A DNA stretch of 30,162 nt from Candidatus Pacearchaeota archaeon (GTDB lineage: Archaea > Nanobdellota > Nanobdellia > Pacearchaeales > GW2011-AR1), in NCBI GenBank assembly GCA_016866975.1, contig VGKP01000011.1:1-30162 (forward strand). The letters are read 5' to 3'. The notes beneath the pieces were generated by a model, which saw only the letters and a list, made by a program, of their open reading frames with translations, was not told the origin of the DNA and did no database searches. This document shows positions 1 to 8,656 of the stretch, one piece after another; within the stretch, counting starts at the first letter, position 1, and every line of letters begins with the position of its first letter. The position numbers and the translations under genes are program-made.

Positions 1-44
1 CCTTATAAGTATTGCGTTACAGGAAATTCTATATGTTTTTATAA

Positions 45-1028
45 TTAAATCTGTTCTTTTAGGAAATCTCTGACAAAACCTCTCCTTATTTTATCATGCT
101 CCCTGATACAATACTTTAGAGATAGGACGAAATATCTAAATTTCAACAAGTCTTCCTTTTTCCTTGTGAGGGCCATCTTGGCTGCGCGCAATAATATAAT
201 CCCAAATAGAGACCATATGAATACGGATTTCTGCCTTAGAGAATTCATATTTTTTGCTTGAAAGTAGAAGTGATCTACCTGATTGATATAGCTTATCTTA
301 GGAGTAGGGGCTCTTTCAGTCTTCGAGACTCTATGCACCAGTTTCGCATAAGGTGTTATAAATAACGATCCTGGGTATTTCTTGTAAAGCCTATAAGAGA
401 AGTCAATATCTTCAGCTACAGTATATCCTAATAACTTATCATCAAAAAGTTGCTCTCTGAATACTTCCGTCTTATATACCATATTTACTCCGGGGAGCCA
501 TTGGGCTTTTATAGTCTTAGACAGGGATGAAGGGTATGTATTTCCATAAGTCGAAATGATTCTCGCCCTGTTCTTCTCCCCATAACTTATAAAAAAGATC
601 TTTCTTAACAATCTCTCCATGAAAGGCATACTCCTCAATTCAGGAGATGGCACATATCCTGCTACAGCCTTTGCGTCAGGGTTTGCATTGAAGACATTAA
701 GTATCTCATTGAAATAATTTTCATCTATAGACACATCATCATCTATGAAACATGCCAGCCTTGATTTATCCGATAGTTTTTCAATTCCCTTGTTCCTAGC
801 TATTGTTATTGAAGGTATTTTTGAGAAAATATAACGAATATTCTTTGATTTTCTAGAGAGGATATCCACGACTTTCTTCGTATCCTTATTTGTGCTTTGG
901 TCTACTATTATTATCTGGCAGAGCTTCTTTGAGAATGGCAAGATATATTCAAGGGTAGTTTTTAAGTCATTGGCACGGTTGTATGTAGGTATTATGACTG
1001 ATATTTCAGAGATAGAAATGTGACTCAT
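45..1028 (-). CDS. Glycosyltransferase family 2 (GT-A)
   Basis: SVIIPTYNR N-terminus, IIVDQS, ARNKG and FIDDD (DxD). Starts 1 nt after the stop of the upstream GT2, so probably one operon. Confidence 0.9.
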   Translation of the reverse strand: MSHISISEISVIIPTYNRANDLKTTLEYILPFSKKLCQIIIVDQSTNKDTKKVVDILSRKSKNIRYIFSKIPSITIARNKGIEKLSDKSRLACFIDDDVSIDENYFNEILNVFNANPDAKAVAGYVPSPELRSMPFMERLLRKIFFISYGEKNRARIISTYGNTYPSSLSKTIKAQWLPGVNMVYKTEVFREQLFDDKLLGYTVAEDIDFSYRLYKKYPGSLFITPYAKLVHRVSKTERAPTPKISYINQVDHFYFQAKNMNSLRQKSVFIWSLFGIILLRAAKMALTRKKEDLLKFRYFVLSLKYCIREHDKIRRGFVRDFLKEQI

Positions 1029-1029
1029 A

Positions 1030-1839
1030 TTAGACGGTCTGTCTTTTCATTAAAAAACCTTTCCAAAAGCCATATATATAGAATATGTGGCTGAATGGAA
1101 TAGTAAATAAGAATGGTACCAGTAAAGATATGCCCTTTCTGAAAGGATATGTTAAACCAAAAGCTATTATTCCCATGACAGGAATGGCTTTAAACAATCC
1201 GATATACCAATGAGGCATATCATTCCAGTAAATTCTTACCAATGCACCATATCCATTTGCATATTGGTAATCTTTTCTTATTCTCTTGACAAATGCTGTT
1301 GGATGTAGATGCAAAACTTTAGCATCAGGATAGGCAATTTTACCAATCTTTTTCAATTTAATATAGGTGTCAAAGTCTTCCCCCGCAGTTTTAAATGTTT
1401 TCTCATCAAATAATCCTATCTTTTCCATTACACTTTTTCTATAGGCTCCACCTTTTCCATCCAATAAGGAAGTTATCGTTCCTCTCTCTTTCAAGATAAG
1501 GGCCTTGGCAAATATACTCATTGGCTGCCATAACTCTTCAGGCAGTTGTACTTTTGAGACACTTGCAACAACTTCTTTATCCTTAAATGGCTCTATCAGG
1601 TTAGATAACCAGTTCTTTGTGGAAGGAACGCAATCTTGTGGAAGCATTACGACTATAGGATATTTTGATTTTTTTATTCCGAGGTTCATCTGATGAGAGA
1701 ATCCTGCATTTTCATTTATTTGAATGATTTCTACTTTACCTTTATATTGCTGCTTTTTCAAAGAATCAATGACTTTATTTAGAACCTTTTGGTCTGGTTT
1801 GAACAATGGCAAAACAATAGAGACCCCATAGCTTTTCAT
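1030..1839 (-). CDS. Glycosyltransferase family 2 with C-terminal membrane segment
   Basis: SIVLPLF, GFSHQMNLGIK, MLPQDC (degenerate DxD), GLFDE..F..AGEDFD and a hydrophobic C-terminus. Confidence 0.85.
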   Translation of the reverse strand: MKSYGVSIVLPLFKPDQKVLNKVIDSLKKQQYKGKVEIIQINENAGFSHQMNLGIKKSKYPIVVMLPQDCVPSTKNWLSNLIEPFKDKEVVASVSKVQLPEELWQPMSIFAKALILKERGTITSLLDGKGGAYRKSVMEKIGLFDEKTFKTAGEDFDTYIKLKKIGKIAYPDAKVLHLHPTAFVKRIRKDYQYANGYGALVRIYWNDMPHWYIGLFKAIPVMGIIAFGLTYPFRKGISLLVPFLFTIPFSHIFYIYGFWKGFLMKRQTV

Positions 1840-1860
1840 TTTTAAGTCAGATTATGATAA

Positions 1861-1872
1861 TTTAAATAGTTT
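1861..1872 (-). promoter_or_regulatory. Archaeal BRE/TATA-like box (AAACTATTTAAA) for the GT2 operon
   Basis: Lies 21 nt upstream of the ATG at 1839. The same motif occurs upstream of the gene starting at 7676. Confidence 0.55.
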
Positions 1873-1901
1873 CTCAAGGCATGTACTAATCTATCATTAT
1901 A

Positions 1902-1909
1902 TTTATAAA
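1902..1909 (+). promoter_or_regulatory. TATA-like box TTTATAAA, probably giving a leaderless rmlB-rmlA transcript
   Basis: 22 nt upstream of the ATG at 1932; no Shine-Dalgarno visible. Confidence 0.55.
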
Positions 1910-1931
1910 CTTTCTAAAAACCATCTTTTTA

Positions 1932-3809
1932 ATGGAATATCGTGGGAGTCATATAAAGAAGATTCTAGTGACTGGAGGGGCAGGATTCATAGGGAGTAAT
2001 TTCTTAAAGATGATGGTCCAGAAGTACCCAGGGTATCAATTTGTCAATGTCGATGCTCTCACATATTCAGGCAATCTTAATAACCTTAAGGATGTGGAGG
2101 GCAAGCCAAATTATAAGTTCTTCCATGCAAAGATAGATGACAGAGAGTTGATGGAAAGGCTGATAGATGAGAACACAGTTGTAGTCAACTTCGCAGCCGA
2201 ATCTCATGTAGACAGATCAATCAGTGCAGGAGATAGGTTCCTTAAGAGCAATACTGAAGGTACCTTCATTATTCTTGAAGCTGCCAGAAAAAAGAAAGCA
2301 TTGCTTTTTGTTCAGATATCTACAGATGAAGTATATGGTTCTCTAACATTTGATCAGCCATCATCTAAAGAAGGAGACTCTTTTTATCCTTCTTCACCTT
2401 ATAGCGCATCAAAGGCCGCGGCAGAGATGTTTTGTTTGAGTAATGTTAAGACACACAAACAGCCGATAATAATAACACGTTCTTCTAATAACTTTGGACC
2501 TTATCAGTTTCCTGAGAAAATAATTCCTCTTTTTATAACTAACTTGATCCAAGGTAAAAGAGTCCCAGTGTATGGCACTGGCAAGAATATAAGGGATTGG
2601 ATATTTGTCTTGGATAATTGCGAGGCTTTAGACTTTGTCATTCATAAAGGAAACGTAGGAGAGATATACAATATAGGTGGAGGCAACGAGATAAATAATA
2701 TGGACCTGACTCGAGCTATCTTGAATGGCACTGGTCTAGGTGGTGAGATGATAGAATATGTAGCAGACAGACCGGGCCATGATTTAAGGTATTCTTTGGA
2801 TAGTAGCAAGATCAAGTCTCTTGGATGGCAACCCAGGTTTAAATTTGAGGAGGCATTGCTTCAAACAATAAACTGGTACAAGGATAATCCTCAATGGTGG
2901 ATGCCTCTCAAGAAAAAGATGAAAGGAATTATTCTGGCGGGAGGGGCAGGATCGCGTCTTTATCCCCTCTCATTAGTCATGAGCAAGCAACTGCAATCAA
3001 TTTATGATAAGCCTGTGATTTATTATCCCCTCACAACACTTATTGAGATGGGGATTAATGACATCTGTATCATTTCAACACCCAAGGACATTCCTAAGTT
3101 CAGAGACCTTCTTGGAGATGGAAAACGGTTCGGCCTTCATATCATATATAAGGAGCAGCCAAGGCCCGAGGGAATTGCGCAAGCGTTTATTATCGCGGAA
3201 GAGTTTATAGGAAAGGATAATGTTGCACTCATCTTAGGAGATAATGTCTTTTACGGTTCAGATACCTTTGCGAAAGCAGCAGAAGAGTTTAAGGAAGGGG
3301 CTATGATCTTTGGCTATCAAGTCAAGGATCCATGGCGTTTCGGAGTTGTTGAATTTGATGAGCTAGGTAACCCTCTTTCTATTGTGGAAAAGCCTAAAGA
3401 GCCCAAAAGCAACTATGCCATCCCAGGTATCTATTTATATGATGGAGGCATAGTGGATGTGGCAAAAAATCTTCAGCCTTCTCCAAGAGGAGAACTTGAG
3501 ATTACGGATGTTAACAAAAGATATTTGCAGAAAAACAATCTTAAGGTGATGAAACTTGATAGGGGGATCGCATGGCTTGACGTCGGCACGAGCAGCAGCC
3601 TCCAGGAAGCATCTATTTTTATTGAAAAAATCGAAAGCCGCCAAGGCATTAAAGTCGGATGCCCTGAAGAGGCAGCCCTAAGAAAGGAGTTTATCACTGC
3701 TCGAGAACTGGAAGAGACCATTCAAAGCACACCGGATTGTGAATACCGGAATTATCTTATCAGCATCGCCAAGGAAAAGCGAACGAAGCAGAACAACACG
3801 CTTTTCTAG
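1932..3809 (+). CDS. rfbB-rfbA: Fusion of dTDP-glucose 4,6-dehydratase (RmlB/RfbB, aa 1-329) and glucose-1-phosphate thymidylyltransferase (RmlA/RfbA, aa 330-625)
   Basis: RmlB half: TGGAGFIG, AESHVDRS, STDEVYG, YSASK, DRPGHD. RmlA half begins at the in-frame ATG 2919: MKGIILAGGAGSRLYP, LGDN, VEKP, RGELEITD, WLDVGT. No stop between the halves. Confidence 0.93.
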   Translation: MEYRGSHIKKILVTGGAGFIGSNFLKMMVQKYPGYQFVNVDALTYSGNLNNLKDVEGKPNYKFFHAKIDDRELMERLIDENTVVVNFAAESHVDRSISAGDRFLKSNTEGTFIILEAARKKKALLFVQISTDEVYGSLTFDQPSSKEGDSFYPSSPYSASKAAAEMFCLSNVKTHKQPIIITRSSNNFGPYQFPEKIIPLFITNLIQGKRVPVYGTGKNIRDWIFVLDNCEALDFVIHKGNVGEIYNIGGGNEINNMDLTRAILNGTGLGGEMIEYVADRPGHDLRYSLDSSKIKSLGWQPRFKFEEALLQTINWYKDNPQWWMPLKKKMKGIILAGGAGSRLYPLSLVMSKQLQSIYDKPVIYYPLTTLIEMGINDICIISTPKDIPKFRDLLGDGKRFGLHIIYKEQPRPEGIAQAFIIAEEFIGKDNVALILGDNVFYGSDTFAKAAEEFKEGAMIFGYQVKDPWRFGVVEFDELGNPLSIVEKPKEPKSNYAIPGIYLYDGGIVDVAKNLQPSPRGELEITDVNKRYLQKNNLKVMKLDRGIAWLDVGTSSSLQEASIFIEKIESRQGIKVGCPEEAALRKEFITARELEETIQSTPDCEYRNYLISIAKEKRTKQNNTLF

Positions 3810-4783
3810 AATAGTGAAGAATACAATTCCCTGACTTTTTTCAGTTTTATAATTGTCTCTTTAACAATCTCTTCAATTTTTCCTTCGGGCTTAAATCCAA
3901 GTGTTTTTATCTTATCGGAATTAATAGTGTATACTTGCCTATTCTTGGTTTGTTCCGGAAGTATGGTATATGCAAACTCTTCTCCCAGCTCTTTTTTAAT
4001 CAAAGTCAAAATCTGATTGAGGGTAGCATTAAAAGAAGTCACATTATACGCTTGCCCCTTCATCTGTTCAGCATGCTCAATGGCAAAAACCACTGCGCGC
4101 GCATTGTCGCGCACATCAAGAAAAGTCTTCGGATTTTCCAGTGCACTTTCAAAAAGTGTGAAAGGAACTTTAAAGACCGAGCGCACACACACAATATTGA
4201 AAATATTTTCATATTTGAAATGAAGGTTATAACCCGCAATCGTGGCGGGTCGCAGAACAATGACATTAAATTTTTCGTCATTAAATTGCAAAACGCTCTC
4301 TTCTCCAAGGAACTTTGATTTCATATAAGCCGAAACAGGATTCATAGGAGCATCTTCTTTCAAATCTCCACCGGGTTCGTAAATGCCAATGGTCGACTGA
4401 TGAATGAACGTCTTGACGCCGGCATCCTTAGCTAAGCGGGCCAGGTTGGCAGTAGCAACATAATTCGTCGAGGTGCACTCCTCATCTTTTCCAACCTTAT
4501 TTTTAGCAAAATCCGTCACTTTTGCAGCGAGATGCACAATCGCTTCAGGCTTATATTCTGCAAGAACGCCCTGGATATGCATCACATCACGAATATCTGA
4601 TTTTTCCGGCAAAACAAAATCAACATTCTGAAATTTATTTTTCAGTAATGAAACTAGTTCAATACATCCCTTCTGATTCCGATCATAGACAAGAATCCGA
4701 GAATCAGGATAATGCTGCGCAAGCATTTCTGTGACAGTAAATCCTGCATAGCCTGCGCCTCCTGTAATCAAGATAGTTTTCAT
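3806..4783 (-). CDS. Extended SDR, NAD(P)-dependent nucleotide-sugar epimerase/reductase
   Basis: TGGAGYAG, HLAA, ST and YMKSK (YxxxK). TGATG overlap with rmlC; 4-bp convergent overlap with rmlB-A. Confidence 0.88.
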   Translation of the reverse strand: MKTILITGGAGYAGFTVTEMLAQHYPDSRILVYDRNQKGCIELVSLLKNKFQNVDFVLPEKSDIRDVMHIQGVLAEYKPEAIVHLAAKVTDFAKNKVGKDEECTSTNYVATANLARLAKDAGVKTFIHQSTIGIYEPGGDLKEDAPMNPVSAYMKSKFLGEESVLQFNDEKFNVIVLRPATIAGYNLHFKYENIFNIVCVRSVFKVPFTLFESALENPKTFLDVRDNARAVVFAIEHAEQMKGQAYNVTSFNATLNQILTLIKKELGEEFAYTILPEQTKNRQVYTINSDKIKTLGFKPEGKIEEIVKETIIKLKKVRELYSSLF

Positions 4784-5340
4784 CAGAATAATGCTCCAAC
4801 ATCCCGAAGGAGGGAAAGTTTTTTATCTTTTTCCGAAACAATAACCTTCTCGATACCATGCTTCTCCAGTTGCCAATCAATAGCAAGAGCAGGGTCATTC
4901 CAAAGAATCCCCGAAAGCGAAGCAGAATCATAGTGATTTGTCAATTTATACAGCATCAACGTATTATCTTCCAATGCCAAGAATCCGTGCGCAAATCCTT
5001 CAGGAATCCAAAGCATTACCTTGTTATCAGCACTCAGAAGCACAGAAATCCATTTCCCATATGTCGGAGAGTTTTTTCTTATATCTACAACAACATCCAG
5101 GACTTTACCATTTACAACTCTTACCAGCTTGCATTGTGCAAAAGGTTTCTTCTGAAAATGCATCCCTCTAATTACTCCCTTTTTTGAAGTTGACTGGAAT
5201 TCAAGTGGGAAATGCCCAGATATCCCAGCTTCTTGCATCTTCATTTCATTATAGTTCTCAAAAAAATTTCCTCTTACATCTTCATATATTTCAGGTATTA
5301 TCTCAAGAACTCCATGTAAAGAAGTCTTTCTTATCTGCAT
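4783..5340 (-). CDS. rfbC: dTDP-4-dehydrorhamnose 3,5-epimerase
   Basis: DVRGNFFE, RGMHFQ, KLVRV..G.VLDVVVDIRK.SPTYGKW, PEGFAHGF, WNDP.LAIDW. Confidence 0.95.
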   Translation of the reverse strand: MQIRKTSLHGVLEIIPEIYEDVRGNFFENYNEMKMQEAGISGHFPLEFQSTSKKGVIRGMHFQKKPFAQCKLVRVVNGKVLDVVVDIRKNSPTYGKWISVLLSADNKVMLWIPEGFAHGFLALEDNTLMLYKLTNHYDSASLSGILWNDPALAIDWQLEKHGIEKVIVSEKDKKLSLLRDVGALF

Positions 5341-5420
5341 GAAAAATCGAGTATTATTATACTTTTAAACATTTAGCAGGCTACAGATATATTTAAAAGT
5401 ATATTCCAGATACAGGAATT

Positions 5421-6479
5421 ATGCAGAATATTGAAGATTCTTTAAACTGGCTCAATGGGTTTGCAAAGGAGGTTGCAGTAGCTTCCACTATGCACGAGCC
5501 TGATCAATCTCTACTTGAAGGCATAAGTCGCATTGCACCTATCTTGAAAGATGCAGGGTTTGATTGGCATATTGCTATGACTGAGACCACGCGTACTCAA
5601 GGTCTTAGAAAAGAAGATTTTTACAACCTTCTCAGTAAAAAATTTAATGTCAGGACAGACTCAGGACTAAGAGATCAATTTCCAAATTTTGATACAAAAG
5701 ACAAGATTGAAGCAAATCATTATGAAGTTTTCTTGAGAGCAGCAAGGAGCGGCAAACCATTTATCTTGTATATGGATTCTGACAGAATCACAGTGGGAGC
5801 AAATTACTACCCCAGAGAGTTCTCAGAGTCATTGAATACAGCCTTAAGAATAGCTAAAAATGGCAAGATTGTGGCATTGGCAAGATCGCCTAGCGCCATA
5901 AATACTCATCTTTCATCTTTAGTTTTGACAGAGGGCCTGGTTCACTCATTTTATAATCGTGAATTGCAAGTAGGCTCGGCATTTGTTGACTTGCTGTCTA
6001 CCGGTTATCTGATCCCTTCAGATAGAGTGGAGAGGCTGCTCTCAGATTATAAGGGAGGAGAGTTCTTAGGGGTGCGCTCAAATTATCCTCATTCAAAAGT
6101 AATCTTGGCCCTCATGGCACAAAATGGCATAGGTCTTGAATCAATCCAGACTGATAACATTCTTAGATATGAGGCTCCAGAGCAGATGAGGGGAGCAGGA
6201 AAGATAAATCTGGGCTACCATCAGTGGACTCCAGCACACTATGATGAGGTGACTCTGGCGTCTAGACCTCTGCAAGAAGAAATCATGCAGAATCCGAGAG
6301 AATGGCAAAACAGATTCTCTACAGTAGTACAATATCTAAGTGTTTTGGATAAACTTTGGATTAGGTCTAGGGGCGAGCAATGCCAGGAATTAGATAATTT
6401 GGTTAAAGAGATTAGCTGTTTCAGCGGTTCAGCTGATGAGTATCGCTCTAAAGCTGTAGAGTTATCAAAAAGATACTAA
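5421..6479 (+). CDS. Uncharacterised protein, possible divergent GT-A-fold glycosyltransferase
   Basis: 352-aa ORF with its own TATA-like box (TTTAAAAG, about 5392-5399). Has a DxD-like YMDSDR after a hydrophobic strand. No family recognised with certainty. Confidence 0.6.
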   Translation: MQNIEDSLNWLNGFAKEVAVASTMHEPDQSLLEGISRIAPILKDAGFDWHIAMTETTRTQGLRKEDFYNLLSKKFNVRTDSGLRDQFPNFDTKDKIEANHYEVFLRAARSGKPFILYMDSDRITVGANYYPREFSESLNTALRIAKNGKIVALARSPSAINTHLSSLVLTEGLVHSFYNRELQVGSAFVDLLSTGYLIPSDRVERLLSDYKGGEFLGVRSNYPHSKVILALMAQNGIGLESIQTDNILRYEAPEQMRGAGKINLGYHQWTPAHYDEVTLASRPLQEEIMQNPREWQNRFSTVVQYLSVLDKLWIRSRGEQCQELDNLVKEISCFSGSADEYRSKAVELSKRY

Positions 6480-6485
6480 AAATAT

Positions 6486-7676
6486 TTATCTTTTATGCTT
6501 ATCCAGGAAATCTCTTATTATCTTGTAATAATATCTCTTCTGGTCTTCAGGCATCCCCCAGCAAGGAATAAACATTCCTGCTCTCTCTATTTCATCAGCA
6601 ATAGGATAAGAATCTTGCAATGTGATGTGCCTGGAGTTCTTGAATGGCGGCTGTACTAATATGTTCCCGCACATTATTGGCCTTATTTCAACTCCGTTTT
6701 CAACGAGGTATTCAACAAATTGATCTCTATTGAATGGTGAGCTTTGCTTTACGATCAATGGATATCCAAACCAACTCGGTTGCGACTTTTCATGTGTCAC
6801 AGGCAATTTGAAATAATCATAGTTCTTGAACAATATATCCATCTCTCTAAATTGCAATTCTCTTGCTTTTAGATAACCAGGCAATCTATCCATCTGGGCA
6901 AGACCAAATGCTGCTTGGATGGCTGGCATCTGGCTGTTTGTTCCAAGAGTCTTATATTTATACCTGTTTAAGAAAGCGTTTCCCTTTGAAAAGTCTCTCC
7001 CCCAGAAAATGATGCTTCTCGCAGTATCTGCATATTGAGAGTTATTGGTGATTACTGCTCCGCCTCCGCCTCCGGCAGAAATGTGATGTGAACCATAGAA
7101 GCTGAACACGGCAATATCTGCCATTGAACCAGTATGTTTTCCATTGAAATATCCTCCAAGAGAGTCGCACGAGTCTTCAATCAAAACTCTCCCATTGAGT
7201 GCCTTTACAATCCTCTCGATATCAGCTATATTTCCAAGTATATGGGGCAAGACCATGCCTTTTATTTCAGGATATTTTTGAATGGCTTTTTCAACCTGTT
7301 CGGGATCCGCGGCATAAGTATTTTGTTTAGTCTCTATGAATACGGGCACAAGGCCTAGGTCTATACTTGATGATACGCTTGTTGCAAAAGTGCTTATTGG
7401 ATGAATTACTAAGTCTCCAGGCTTGAGTCTGCCTTCATGAATCATAGTTTTCAAAGCTACTAAGACTGCAGATGAACCGCTATTGGTCAACGTAGCATAT
7501 TTTACTCCAGTAAATTCAATGATTTTCTTCTCAAATAACTTATTAGATTCACCTTCTCCAAACCAGTCAGACATGAAGACTTCTTTGACAGAGTTAAATT
7601 CATTCTCATCCCATTGTATCCTGTTCATCAGATGAGGATCAATCTTCCATTTTTTCCAATTAAGTTTCTCAGGCAT
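6486..7676 (-). CDS. DegT/DnrJ/EryC1/StrS-family PLP enzyme of the His type (ColD/RfbH-like nucleotide-sugar 3-dehydratase)
   Basis: NSGSSA, TFAT, PHILGN, EDSCDSLG and FSFYGSHHIS, with His197 at the usual Schiff-base Lys position. Also WFGYP and RPIMCGN. Confidence 0.85.
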   Translation of the reverse strand: MPEKLNWKKWKIDPHLMNRIQWDENEFNSVKEVFMSDWFGEGESNKLFEKKIIEFTGVKYATLTNSGSSAVLVALKTMIHEGRLKPGDLVIHPISTFATSVSSSIDLGLVPVFIETKQNTYAADPEQVEKAIQKYPEIKGMVLPHILGNIADIERIVKALNGRVLIEDSCDSLGGYFNGKHTGSMADIAVFSFYGSHHISAGGGGGAVITNNSQYADTARSIIFWGRDFSKGNAFLNRYKYKTLGTNSQMPAIQAAFGLAQMDRLPGYLKARELQFREMDILFKNYDYFKLPVTHEKSQPSWFGYPLIVKQSSPFNRDQFVEYLVENGVEIRPIMCGNILVQPPFKNSRHITLQDSYPIADEIERAGMFIPCWGMPEDQKRYYYKIIRDFLDKHKR

Positions 7677-7727
7677 AAAAATTTCATAAGAAGTTATTTT
7701 AAATAGTTTCTGATAGTGAGTTATATA

Positions 7728-8408
7728 TTATATCTTATATCTTGTAGGGTCTTCCAATCCAGCCCAATAAAATCCTGCTTTTCTTAATCTACACGCCAAA
7801 CATCTACCGCAGTGGTTCTTTCTTCCAATATAACAACTATACGTATCCCTATAATTTAGCCCCATACGATTTCCAAGTTTTATTATATCTTCTTTATCAT
7901 ACTCTATAAGGGGAGCCACTACTTTTATTTTATGATTTGGTGCGGCCGTTCTTGCCAGAAGGTTAATGACCTTAAGATATTCTTTCGTAGTATCGGGATA
8001 AGGTTCTTTCCCTTCACATTTAAATCCTGTCACTATGTTGATCTTTTTTAATTTATTTCTCATAGATATGCTTTCTGCAAATGATAATGCTTGAGAGATA
8101 AATAACGTATTTCTGAATGGGATATACCAGTTCTTGCTTTCTTTCTCAGTATTTTTAAGGCCACTATATTTGGTCGATATTCTCTTCATACACATATTTT
8201 TTAACCTTGGTATTGAGAACTCAATCCATTCGGCAGATAAATCTCTAGCACATTTTCTTGCGCATTTCCTCTCAATATTTAGCTGGTTTTGCCCGTAATT
8301 GAAAAAAATGATGGTCATTTTTGAACCAGAATTTCTTCTTTTAATCATGTGTGCAGCAGTAACACTATCAATGCCTCCTGAACAGAGCACAATTATTTCT
8401 TTCTTCAT
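7728..8408 (-). CDS. queC: 7-cyano-7-deazaguanine synthase
   Basis: SGGIDS PP-loop, NYGQ, YIPFRN, YPDT and TYSCY...HCGRCLAC Zn motif, ending DPTRY. Start moved from the track's TTG 8417 to ATG 8408, which fits TATA spacing. Confidence 0.92.
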   Translation of the reverse strand: MKKEIIVLCSGGIDSVTAAHMIKRRNSGSKMTIIFFNYGQNQLNIERKCARKCARDLSAEWIEFSIPRLKNMCMKRISTKYSGLKNTEKESKNWYIPFRNTLFISQALSFAESISMRNKLKKINIVTGFKCEGKEPYPDTTKEYLKVINLLARTAAPNHKIKVVAPLIEYDKEDIIKLGNRMGLNYRDTYSCYIGRKNHCGRCLACRLRKAGFYWAGLEDPTRYKI

Positions 8409-8429
8409 CAAGAACAAGAGTACAGAAGG

Positions 8430-8437
8430 TTTATAAA
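8430..8437. promoter_or_regulatory. Palindromic TATA box TTTATAAA shared by divergent queC and the eIF5A-like gene
   Basis: Exactly 21 nt from both ATG 8408 (-) and ATG 8459 (+). Confidence 0.6.
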
Positions 8438-8458
8438 TTTCTTTCAGCCTCTGTAAAT

Positions 8459-8656
8459 ATGATTAAGAAAAAGGCATTTGAGGTAAAGAAAGGTGATTCT
8501 ATCAAGATAGGTGGAGAAGAGATGATTGTTGAAGAGACGGAGATTTCAGACATTGGCAAGCAAGGAGCAAAGAAGGTGAGAATAGTCGCCAAGAAGAAAA
8601 ATGGAGAGAAGGCGATCCTCATAAGACCAGAGGATTATCCATTAGATATCTCATGA
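8459..8656 (+). CDS. Small eIF5A/EF-P N-terminal (KOW/SH3-like) domain protein, 65 aa
   Basis: KKGD.I.IGG and SDIGKQGAKKVRIVA resemble the aIF5A loop SKPGKHGxAKxR, followed by G.K..+IRP. ATGA overlap with the next GT2. Confidence 0.7.
   Translation: MIKKKAFEVKKGDSIKIGGEEMIVEETEISDIGKQGAKKVRIVAKKKNGEKAILIRPEDYPLDIS

Noticed and set aside
1932-5340. Complete dTDP-L-rhamnose (rmlABCD) pathway
   Set aside because: The SDR has GGAGYAG and lacks RmlD-type signatures, so rmlD cannot be called; it could lie outside the window.
6486-7676. Ordinary sugar aminotransferase, or canonical Fe-S RfbH/E1
   Set aside because: The catalytic Lys is replaced by His, and the Cys-rich loop after WGRD is absent.
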